DNA from: Tubulanus polymorphus
Taxonomy: Eukaryota; Animalia; Nemertea
Assembly: GCF_964204645.1 (NCBI RefSeq)
Contig: NC_134033.1
Span: 11,602,655-11,666,654, forward strand
Length of the DNA stretch: 64,000 bases
Reading direction: 5' to 3'
The notes under the pieces are model-generated. The model was not told where the DNA came from. It saw only the letters and a list, made by a program, of their open reading frames with translations, and did no database searches. Positions within the stretch are counted from its first letter, which is position 1, and every line of letters starts with the position of its first letter. The translations under genes were made by a program, and so were the position numbers. This document shows positions 13,953 through 25,900 of this stretch, one piece after another.

Positions 13953-16900
13953 TTATTCGGTTAAAACAATCTGTAGAACGCTTTGTTGTTCTTCATTCAG
14001 TTGATCCATGCACGCCTGAAATACTGCACCATTCGCCTGAAAAATACATCGATACCAAAAAGTGATAAACACAAAATTTATTTGAATCAGGACCCAGTTC
14101 CACAGATGATCAGGTACGAATTGGTTGTTGAATTCAGTTCCACATTTGTGTGGGTCTAATTTTACTCTGAACCTAGTTCCACAGTTGCTTGGGTTCGATT
14201 TGATTCTGAATTCAGTTCCACAGTTGTGTCCTGAGTTAAACAAAAGACTAAATTCAGAAGCCAGTTAAATCTAACTCACAACTCTGGCCACCTTGCCCAG
14301 GTAACACCATTTTAAGCACAACACACACAGCGGATTTGGGGATGGACTGATTCGCCCCTTCAAAATCAGATGGACACGGGAGCTGACGCTACATCGATGT
14401 AAGAGAATTGTCGAAAGTTTGATTTTGCGATTTTGTCGCCATGACAACCACGGTAAGCATTGATCCGATACGAGCACGGGATTTAAAAAGAAACGCGAAA
14501 CGCTTGAAACATCGTTAATATGGATTAAATTGTCGAATGTTTCAGAGATGCGATATCTCGACGAAAGTAAAAATGTAAGTAGAAAACGATATCAGGAGGA
14601 TAGAGAGAATTGTTAGGCAGGGTTTACTGTAAAGCAACGATACAGTAGAACCTGATTTTATGTGGAACCTCCAATCAATGATTCCACTTATAACAAGCAA
14701 GGATCACTTCTACGTTTCCGGCAATCAGGTACCGCTCATTGAGGCAAAAGGTCATGCTCACCCAGTAACAGACTCAGCTCATTGAAACAAGAGGTCGCGC
14801 TCACCCAGTAACAGACTCAGCTCATTGAGACAAGAGGTCGCTCACACCCAGTAACAGACTCAGCTCATTGAGACAAGAGGTCGCTCTCACCCAGTAACAG
14901 ACTCAGCTCATTGAGACAAGAGGTCGCTCTCACCCAGTAACAGACTCAGCTCATTGAGACAAGAGGTCGTGCTCACCTAGTAACAGACTCAGCTCATTGA
15001 GACAAAAGGTCGCGCTCACCTAGTAACAGACTCAGCTCATTGAGACAAGAGGTCGCTCTCACCTAGTAACAGACTCAGCTCATTGAGACAAGAGGTCGTG
15101 CTCACCTAGTAACAGACTCAGCTCATTGAGACAAGAGGTCGCTCTCGCCTAGTAACAGACTCAGCTCATTGAGACAAGAGGTCGCTCTCACCCAGAAACA
15201 GACTCAGCTCATTGAGACAGGAGGTCGCTCACACCTAGTAACAGACTCAGCTCATTGAGACAAGACAAGAGGTCGCTCTCACCTAGTAACAGACTCAGCT
15301 CATTGAGACAAAAGGTCGCGCTCACCTAGTAACAGACTCAGCTCATTGAGACAGGAGGTCGCTCACACCTAGTAACAGACTCAGCTCATTGAGACAAGAG
15401 GTCGCTCTCACCTAGTAACAGACTCAGCTCATTGAGACAAGAGGTCGCTCTCACCTAGTAACAGGCTCAGCTCATTGAGACAAGAGGTCGCTCTCACCTA
15501 GTAACAGACTCAGCTCATTGAGACAAGAGGTCGCTCTCACCTAGTAACAGACTCAGCTCATTGAGACAAGAGGTCGCTCTCACCTAGTAACAGACTCAGC
15601 TCATTGAGACAAGAGGTCGCTCTCACCTAGTAACAGGCTCAGCTCATTGAGACAAGAGGTCGCTCTCACTTAGTAACAGACTCAGCTCATTGAGACAAGA
15701 GGTCGCTCTCACCCAGAAACAGACTCAGCTCATTGAGACAGGAGGTCGCTCACACCTAGTAACAGACTCAGCTCATTGAGACAAGACAAGAGGTCGCTCT
15801 CACCTAGTAACAGACTCAGCTCATTGAGACAAAAGGTCGCGCTCACCTAGTAACAGACTCAGCTCATTGAGACAGGAGGTCGCTCACACCTAGTAACAGA
15901 CTCAGCTCATTGAGACAAGAGGTCGCTCTCACCTAGTAACAGACTCAGCTCATTGAGACAAGAGGTCGCTCTCACTTAGTAACAGACTCAGCTCATTGAG
16001 ACAAGAGGTCGCTCTCACCTAGTAACAGACTCAGCTCATTGAGACAAGAGGTCGCTCTCACCTAGTAACAGGCTCAGCTCATTGAGACAAGAGGTCGCTC
16101 TCACTTAGTAACAGACTCAGCTCATTGAGACAAGAGGTCGCTCTCACCCAGAAACAGACTCAGCTCATTGAGACAGGAGGTCGCTCACACCTAGTAACAG
16201 ACTCAGCTCATTGAGACAAGAGGTCGTGCTCACCTAGTAACAGACTCAGCTCATTGAGACAAGAGGTCGCTCTCACCTAGTAACAGACTCAGCTCATTGA
16301 GACAGGAGGTCGCTGACACCTAGTAACAGACTCAGCTCATTGAGACAAGAGGTCGCTCTCACCTAGTAACAGACTCAGCTCATTGAGACAAGAGGTCGCT
16401 CTCACCTAGTAACAGGCTCAGCTCATTGAGACAAGAGGTCGCTCTCACTTAGTAACAGACTCAGCTCATTGAGACAAGAGGTCGTGCTCACCTAGTAACA
16501 GACTCAGCTCATTGAGACAAGAGGTCGCTCTCACCCAGTAACAGACTCAGCTCATTGAGACAAGAGGTCGCGCTCACCTAGTAACAGACTCAGCTCTTTG
16601 AGACAAGAGGTCGCGCTCACCTAGTAACAGACTCAGCTCATTGAGACAAGAGGTCGCGCTCACCTAGTAACAGACTCACCTCATTGAGACAAGAGGTCGC
16701 GCTCACCTAGTAACAGACTCAGCTCATTGAGACAAAAGGTCGCGCTCACCTAGTAACAGACTCAGCTCATTGAGACAAGAGGTCGCGCTCACCTAGTAAC
16801 AGACTCAGCTCATTGAGACAAGAGGTCGCTCTCACCCAGTAACAGACTCAGCTCATTGAGACAAGAGGTCGCTCTCACCTAGTAACAGACTCAGCTCATT

Positions 16901-19900
16901 GAGACAAGAGGTCGCTCTCACCTAGTAACAGACTCAGCTCATTGAGACAAGAGGTCGCGCTCACCTAGTAACAGACTCAGCTCATTGAGACAAAAGGTCG
17001 CTCTCACCTAGTAACAGACTCAGCTCATTGAGACAGGAGGTCGCTCACACCTAGTAACAGACTCAGCTCATTGAGACAAGAGGTCGCTCTCACCTAGTAA
17101 CAGACTCAGCTCATTGAGACAAGAGGTCGTGTTCACCTAGTAACAGACTCAGCTCATTGAAACAAAAGGTCGCGCTCACCTAGTAACAGACTCAGCTCAT
17201 TGAGACAAGAGGTCGCTCTCACCTAGTAACAGACTCAGCTCATTGAGACAAGAGGTCGCTCTCACCTAGTAACAGGCTCAGCTCATTGAGACAAGAGGTC
17301 GCTCTCACCTAGTAACAGACTCAGCTCATTGAGACAAGAGGTCGTGCTCACCTAGTAACAGACTCAGCTCATTGAGACAAGAGGTCGCTCTCACCTAGTA
17401 ACAGACTCAGCTCATTGAGACAAAAGGTCGCGCTCACCTAGTAACAGACTCAGCTCATTGAGACAAAAGGTCGCGCTCACCTAGTAACAGACTCAGCTCA
17501 TTGAGACAAGAGGTCGCTCTCACCTAGTAACAGACTCAGCTCATTGAGACAAGAGGTCGCTCTCACCCAGTAACAGACTCAGCTCATTGAGACAGGAGGT
17601 CGCTCACACCTAGTAACAGACTCAGCTCATTGAGACAAGAGGTCGCTCTCACCTAGTAACAGACTCAGCTCATTGAGACAAGAGGTCGCTCTCACCCAGT
17701 AACAGACTCAGCTCATTGAGACAAGAGGTCGCTCTCGCCTAGTAACAGACTCAGCTCATTGAGACAAGAGGTCGCTCTCACCTAGTTACAGGCTCAGCTC
17801 ATTGAGACAAGAGGTCGCTCTCACCTAGTAACAGACTCAGCTCATTGAGACAAGAGGTCGCTCTCACCTAGTAACAGACTCAGCTCATTGAGACAAGAGG
17901 TCGCTCTCACCTAGTAACAGACTCAGCTCATTGAGACAAAAGGTCGTGCTCACCTAATAACAGACTCAGCTCATTGAGACAAAAGGTCGTGCTCACCTAG
18001 CAACAGACTCAGCTCATTGAGACAAAAGGTCGCGCTCACCTAGTAACAGACTCAGCTCATTGAGACAAGAGGTCGTGCTCACCTAGTAACAGACTCAGCT
18101 CATTGAGACAAGAGGTCGTGCTCACCTAGTAACAGACTCAGCTCATTGAGACAAGAGGTGGACAAGAGAGCTGCATTTTACTGGATTTACCTCCGTAAAG
18201 GTCTATATACTATCGCACAACTAACAAGCAATTGGCGAGATAATTCACCTGCCTAAGTTTTTTCTCATAATTTTGAATACCGAGGAATAAATGTTGTCAA
18301 ATGCCAAATGTTTCTTCCATGTTATTACGAGTGAGTGACCCGAGCTTTCGTACCGGTTTATAAGTACACGAGAAGCAATGTAAGGTCAGACTAGAGCAGT
18401 TGAAGTAAAATACTCACCCCCATTTGTCGTACTATGTTGAGTAATCGTTTTCCGGTGTCGTCTGATTTATCGATAGCTTCGTTGACGAACGCATCGGCGA
18501 TTATACTCAGCAGTCGAGGCAAATTTCCATTCTCCTGGCCGAGCACGGTCGGGTGATTACTGCAATATCAACACAAAATACAATGTTACTATTCATCAAA
18601 TCCAATTTCCCTGAATTCTCCAGGTTTTTTTTAGTGCAAAATTCGTCAAATTCTCAGAGTTTTCCCTGATTTTTCTGGTTCTCCAAGTTTTCCAGGCAAA
18701 TGACCTAAGCTTATTGAACGTGTTATTTCTTTAGCCTAAACTAAATAATAATAGAGGACCGTTGACATTTTGCTCATTTTCTCCCAGCACTTCCCAACGG
18801 CTAAAAGGCTGATGGACGAAACAAACCGCATATATTCCAACACCTAATAACCTCATATTGTCAAAATATTAGCCGTGTATCCATTGGTTACAGTTTGAAC
18901 TATTGGTGAAGAATTATCACCAACCTTTCTATCAAATCACATAAATAGCTATAAATATGCACAGCCTCTTCGGTATCCTCCCAGGTCGGTAACCATGACA
19001 GCCAGATCGGCAACAGTTGTTCGACGTCTATATTTCCGTGGTTGTATTTGCAGATTTTAGTAACCGCCGAGATGGCGTTTTCGGTCGGGTTCACATTCTC
19101 GACCGCGCGCGAGTCCGGATGCTGGATCACCTGGACTAACAGCGGAACGGCCTCTGCAAGACAGAAATATTCAAAATCAAATACAGCCTGATGGATGAGA
19201 TGACATTTTTTGCCATTTTCCCCTTTTCTCACATTTCTTCACACCCAAAATCTGGGTTTTTCATATTTCTTCATACCAAAAACGGAATTTTTCAAATTCG
19301 TTCACGCAATTTTACAAACCGGACATTCAGCAAACACCATTTTTTAATTTTCGGCGAGTTTATTCGCATATTTTTCGCACAAAAACTGAAAAAAGGAATG
19401 GCGGATGCTACTACTCACCTGCCAGGGCCGGTGCATAGTCGGGTCCGCCGTTTACAGCCATTATACCGACACCGTAAGCCGCCGCCTGGCGAACCTCGGC
19501 TTGCTTATCACAGATTGACGAAAGTAAGTGCGGCAGGAAATAATTGTGGTATTTGTACGAATGCTGAAAAATAAAAACAGAACATATACAGGACCACGGG
19601 TCTAGTAGGATCAATCAACTGAGTACACATGTATTGTTCTTTTGAGCACACAAATCGAATAGTTCTGGGATTTATTTGCAATAGCGTATAAGTTGATGAA
19701 ATCTTGAACACACCACTGTAGTAGTAAACAAGTTAATAATACTTACTGGTCCAGCATATTCCACAACATCATCCCATATACACAGACCCCACTGTCGGTC
19801 CGGCCAAGGACGACTTGGATGCTGGAAATGGAATAGAAAAAACAATGTCAACTGAGCTTTTATAATAGGGCTTTGCGCAAAAAAAAAAAAATGAGAACAT

Positions 19901-22900
19901 TCCAGGTTTGGTACTAGTAACTCCAGTCTTCCACACTGTGATTAATGTCTTCGTGACAAGTTCTCGTCAATTCATTCGAATCATTCGCCTCAGTGTTTTA
20001 CTAATCATCAATTTCACTCAGATGGTGGTAGTAAACATTATCATCACTGGCAAATACTGTTACGAAAGGCCCGGGTTAATAGCATCACTGACCACCTCAA
20101 TTCTAAGACCAACTACACAAGCATTTTCAAAGATTGGATAAGAAAAACAAATTACCAATAAATCGACAAAATGCTGCATTAACTGTTGAATGTACGGTAA
20201 ACAGGTTTCTTTATACGTTCCTAGTAAAGCGTGCACCAAATCCGATATTTTACTTAGTATATATACATCCTCATCATCTTCATTTAACAAAGTTTCCTCT
20301 AATACATCATCGTAATCTTCATCCTTTCGTTGTTCTAGAAGAAATTAAGATGCCGTTCATGAATTTCATTAACATACTTAGTCGATTCATACAATTCCAT
20401 ACAGTATCTCCCCAGGACATGACCCCCGATGTCAGTATATCGCGCCATAGTTCCCACCAGTTAAACGGGATGGACCGTAAGATAACGATTACTATCTTAC
20501 CTTGTCTGTCAGCCTGTTTCTTGAAGTGATCCGTCATGAGCTTATCTATAACTTTGATCACATCGTTCATCCATTCATCGGTCAAACCTCCTTTACCCAT
20601 ATTCTCAATACACTGTTCAACAAAGAAAGAAACTGCCATTAAGTGAATGTTAACATATCTTGAATAGGCTAGAAGTAAGACTACAAGAATATCAGAATTT
20701 CACAACAAAATTGTGCCTTTGTTTGTCGGAAAGAAGTGCATATCAATTCGTATTTGAAGGGGTATTTGGAAGTTTGCGGGTCCAATGGAAGTCTAACGAG
20801 ACCTCTTCAGCATAAGTCATCCTCAAAATTAACTTCATGTTATAGCAATTGAGACCTGAACGATACATACCTTCGCTAGCGAATGCATAACTTCGCCGAG
20901 TATATCATTTTCCGGTTCTGATTCGACGGCTTTGATCAAACTCGGACAGATATAAAGCCACATTTCGGCGAGGTATTGTTCGCCTTTGATGCGAGCGCAT
21001 TCTATCAGATACGGCAGACTTTCAGCAGCAGCGATTCGCACCAGTAATCACCGGGCAGTTAAAGAAATAACCATACGATGAACGTTGCTTCGTGACATTA
21101 ATCACAAGTTGACAAGGTCGAGCTCAGAGTCAAACTCCGAAATTACCGTGAGTTAGTTCCCATTGCATTTTGGATATGTTGTATCAAAACAACTTCTTGA
21201 ATTTCGACCCAGTTCCTCGGTTATGAGGTCATATTCAAGGTCAAGTCACTGAAAAATAGCCTTTAGGGACTAGTTCTACCACTAGATGGCGCACTGAGCC
21301 CATTCTTTTCACTGCACAACTAGACCTAAGATTGTACCCAAGATTCATCAAGATTGACAGACTATTAACGAAGCTATTGCCAAGTAGCTGTTGACGCCGT
21401 CGGAAATAGGCAAATCATAAATTTGATCATCTGCTAAAAGGATATCATCGTGGAAGTAGAATTTAAGTAACGGCACCATCAATTTCACGACATCGCCCGT
21501 ATAATCGGCGAAGCCCTCTTTCAGTTCCCGCGCGTAACAAACTAACATCTGACAAGCCGTGGCCTTCTCGTCGAGACCAGCCGTTTTGATGCCGAATTTC
21601 TGTTGGTCGCCGAGCGTAACGAACTGCCAATCGGTGTCGTTCTCCATCGCTTTCACATCTTCCTCTGAAATCAGTAGAATGGGGAAAAAATTCATCGAAA
21701 TTTTGCTCATTTTCTCTCAGTATTTCTGAACTGCTAACAGCTAGCTGACTGACAAAATATTCAGTAACGATTCCAATGCCTATTTCCCTCCTAATGAGAA
21801 AATATCAGCTGTATATATCCAGTTGTTATAATTTCTTATTCTCAGTTACTACAAGGACCAACGCAGTTGATCCTAAAACCCCGGGGCCAGTTGCGCAGTT
21901 GTGGCTCGAGTCCAAAAGTGGTCGAAAACCTTAAGACTGGTCTTAAGTAGTAGAAGATTGGCTATACAACTAAGTTGGTCTTAGACTGGCCTTAGTCTAA
22001 GCCATGACTATGCAACTGGTCCCTGTTGATAAATTCCTTTAGAACAAAAATGTTTCCATCTACAAATGAGGACTGATGATGACTATACAAGTTGTGCTAA
22101 TCGAAACCAACTTACGATCGACTAAAGCAACTTCTGGTTTTGTGGATGCAGCTTTCATTACCGGACCCATGACTAGAGGCAGATATTGCGCGAACTCTTT
22201 GCCGAGTATTTTACACATTCGCGCCCAAGCGGAGATCATGTACGACGCTTGTGGGTCGTCTTCGGGCACGTCGGCTTCGTCCGTCTGTGTTTTCAGTAAA
22301 AGCTGCATTACCTGCAATGAACAATAAACGGGCGGTTCAGAATACTGCGAATTGGATATTGTGGGAGCCATCCCTTTTGGATACATTGAGAAAATGAATT
22401 TTACTAATTCCTTAATTTTTTACTTTTTTAACAGAATTTCCCGACCTTTCTAAAAAAAAGAAATCTCCCCGACTTGACCTCTAATTTCCAGGGACCAGTC
22501 TTTACTAAGCTCTAGAGCCAATCTAACAATTTAAGACCAGTCTTAAGATTTAAGCCCGCTTTTGGACTTAAGTCGCAACTGTGCAACTGGGCCCAGGTAA
22601 GTTGCCACCCTGATGAACTAAACTGCACGAAAATCCACGAGAGTCCTATTTTGAGGCTACTGTAAGAACTTACCTCGCTACAATCTTGCATGAATTTCTC
22701 TTTACCGACAGCGAGTCCGATCAAACTGATACATTCTATCGTTTTACCGCGTAGCAGACGCACGTCGTCGCCGGTGGCGTTCTGCACGATGTATTTCAAA
22801 CTTGGCATGAAACGATCGTAATAGTTGATGAACTTCTCTTCGGCCGTGTCGGCGACCGACGCCAGCGTCGTGACGAGTTGCTCCAATACCAGTTTACTGC

Positions 22901-25900
22901 CGCGTTGCAGAAGCTGAAAACGCACAAAAAAAAATTGTTGGTCATTCTCAACCAAACAGTGATTATTATTGTTACTTATCATTATACCCTTTTGGTGGTG
23001 TATAAATCGGTGATAGACTTTGCTAGTACATCGCATTAAGGTGTATTAATTAGTAATTAGTTTTTATCTCTATTATTGAAAGACACTTTTCAATAAGTGT
23101 CTTTCAATATTAGAAAGACACTTATTCTTCTAAAGCAGTAACTTAGTAACTAACAATACACCGCACCGTGGCGTAGACGCATTATAGCCGTTTGCTCATA
23201 ATACAACACACTGGCGTAGAATTTTTTTTCAGAATTTTCAAATCATCTCCAGGAATATCGGGGATTAATTCATCAACACTGAATAAAGGGTTAAAACCAT
23301 TGTTCTGTTTTCACACTAACCTCTTGTATTTTCAAGTTCAACACTTGTTCCAGTTTTGAGATGATGTTATCGAGATACGGTCCGAGGATATGCTTCGGAC
23401 AGTCCTCGCTGAAGTTGACAAGAGCGGCGGCCGCGTGGGCTTGAACGCGAGGATTAGCGTGATCGTCCATAACCGTCAATAATCCGACTACAACCTGAAA
23501 TATATGAAGTATCATCTCGATGAACTTCCTTTTCATTTCATACCATATTAATTTCTGTGAAAATTATACAGGTTTAACGTCGAGGATGTGAAGGTCCAAG
23601 GGGAAACGTATGTAAATCTGAAGATTTCAATATTCAATGCTCCCCGGTGAACAATTCAGTAGATCAATGACCATGAAACTCACTACAACATAGTAATGAG
23701 CTGATTGTGGTTACAGAATATGTAATAGAAATGCCACATTTATTCCCCTATTCACGCCCCCTGGTGAACAAACTTAAGAGAGGTCATGTTTCCTTCCAGC
23801 GCTTGCCGGGTATTCAGAATGTCGATAGTTCAATGTCTCCCACGATTTTACTTTTCTTCGGTTAAAATTTTTCGCCTCAGTCAAGAATCTTCTAATCAAA
23901 TCTACAGATCAGGAGTAGCTGATGGTCATCATAGGCAAAACGTGATAATACGATGGAACCTCGATACAACCTAAATTCAAGAGACTAGCTTATCCATTGA
24001 TAAGTAGACCTGGTAAAACTTAACACAGAAACAAGAGACATGTGTTTCCGAGTGTTTTCCTTAGTCAAAGTGTGTTAACAAGAAACATGGTTAAATAGTA
24101 ATATCACAGATAAATAGTAATACATTTAACTACAATGTACTGACTGGACAATGGAACTCAAAACATTCACTTGCATTGCCTCAGCATTTACTAATCATCA
24201 AACGTCAAAGTCAGATGGTGGTAGTAAAAATCTTTCATCACTGACAATACTGATACAAAACGACCAAAATCTACACTTCAAGAGTCTAGTACCATCACTG
24301 GTCCCCATTGAATAACCCTTGTTTACATTTCCTGTGGCGCTGACAGTTGTTCCGGTCCCCCAGAGTGTTTCTTTGTTATACATTTAATTTAACGAATGGT
24401 CCATGGACCACATAGTGACTTGATTGCCTCTCAGCATTTACTAATCATCACTATCAAATTCAGATGGTGGTAGTAAAAATCTTTCATCACTGGCAAAACA
24501 GATAAACCATGTTTACATTAGACACTTCAAGAGGCTATCGCCATCCCGGTTCCTACCCCCATTTAACAAGTGTTCAAAATCTCGATATTTTCACATTTCC
24601 CCCCTCGTTTGACGGACTTTTCATCAAATTTTTGCCTCAGTCTAAAAGTATTCTAATCAAATCTACTGATCAGGAGTAGCTGATGATCATCATAGGCAAA
24701 ATCATCAAAATCAAGTGGAACTTTGTTACAAAAATCTCCGTTGAGACCTCGAGAATCAATTTGTTATAAACAAGTAACCGATATGATCTAATTATATTTC
24801 CTCAATTCCGATGAAACCTTTCATCTTTGTTAGATGTATATCTGATAAATCGCCATATCGCAGTGCATCGTAATACGTACACTTATCGACAATGTACATG
24901 TACTGACTGGACAATGGAACTCATATTCACTTGCATTGCCTCAGCATCTACTAATCGTCATTCGTCAAATTCAGATGGTGGTAGTAAAAATCTTTCGTCA
25001 TCAGCAAAACTGATACAAAAAGACAGATATTTACACTTCAAGGAAAACCTCACTTCAATCAAAGAAATTGCCTCAGCACTTACTAATCATCAATTAATAT
25101 CAGATGGTGGTAGTAATATTTTTTCATCACAGGCAAATCTAATGTACATCCTGAAGATTCGTAGAGAAGCCGTTTTAACCCGGGATAAGTTGCTCAAAAC
25201 CGTAATAACAATGAGCTTTTAATTGTCGCTATGTTATTAAAGGCCGAGGAGTATGGATGCTAGTTAACCGGGTGGCAAACACTTGAGATCGGCCGTCCCA
25301 CTTTTACAGTATCTTGTTTAAAATGTTTAGAGTGAGCGAGGTTGGCTCACAACAGAAAAGCAGGTCACACAGAGTAAAATTTGACAAATTCATAAAAGTT
25401 TTCATATCAAGTTCTAAACTAATTTTAAATAATCTAGTCATAGCGGGAATGAAAATCTGATGCTAGCGATCTTTTTTTGTAGAGATAGGGCCAAGATTAA
25501 AAATTTTAGAGACATTTCAAATTTTTTGAAAATCATCAATTTTTATCCGATTTCGATGAAATTTGGACACAACATTGATGGTAGATAGCTAAACAAGTGT
25601 GAACTATGAATGAGGCTATGTTTTGTTTATGTATACTGATGACTATAGGTATCAAATTACTGTTAATGTGCTCTGTGAGCTACACTAATTCACTGGATAA
25701 CTCCTACCTCTATGTCATTCAAAGATTCAAATTTTGAAGGAAATACCAACTAAAAAGCTTAATTTCTTGTAGAGGAGGGCCTAAAACACATTTTTGACTG
25801 CAGAAATGAATATATTACACATTAATACATATGTCTGACAAAAAGGAGGGTCCAAATCGGATAACTGACAGAGAAAATAGGAGATTTCCAGTTTCAACCA

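Noticed and set aside
14280-14390. Possible cassette exon in the last IPO5 intron (donor GTGAGTTAG)
   Set aside because: Would shift the frame and has no importin similarity; cannot be supported without transcripts.
14734-18159. CRISPR-like regular array
   Set aside because: Units are contiguous near-identical 43-mers without unique spacers, inside a eukaryotic intron, with no cas genes.
18768-18895. Similar segments at ~18770 and ~21700 in IPO5 introns as a third snoRNA family
   Set aside because: No C/D or clear H/ACA boxes; more likely an old dispersed repeat.
19191-22327. Plus-strand ORFs overlapping IPO5 (19191, 19908, 20134, 22076) and similar shadow ORFs over the GPCR, MFS and carboxypeptidase genes
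   Set aside because: Antisense or alternate-frame shadows of real exons with no independent motifs.
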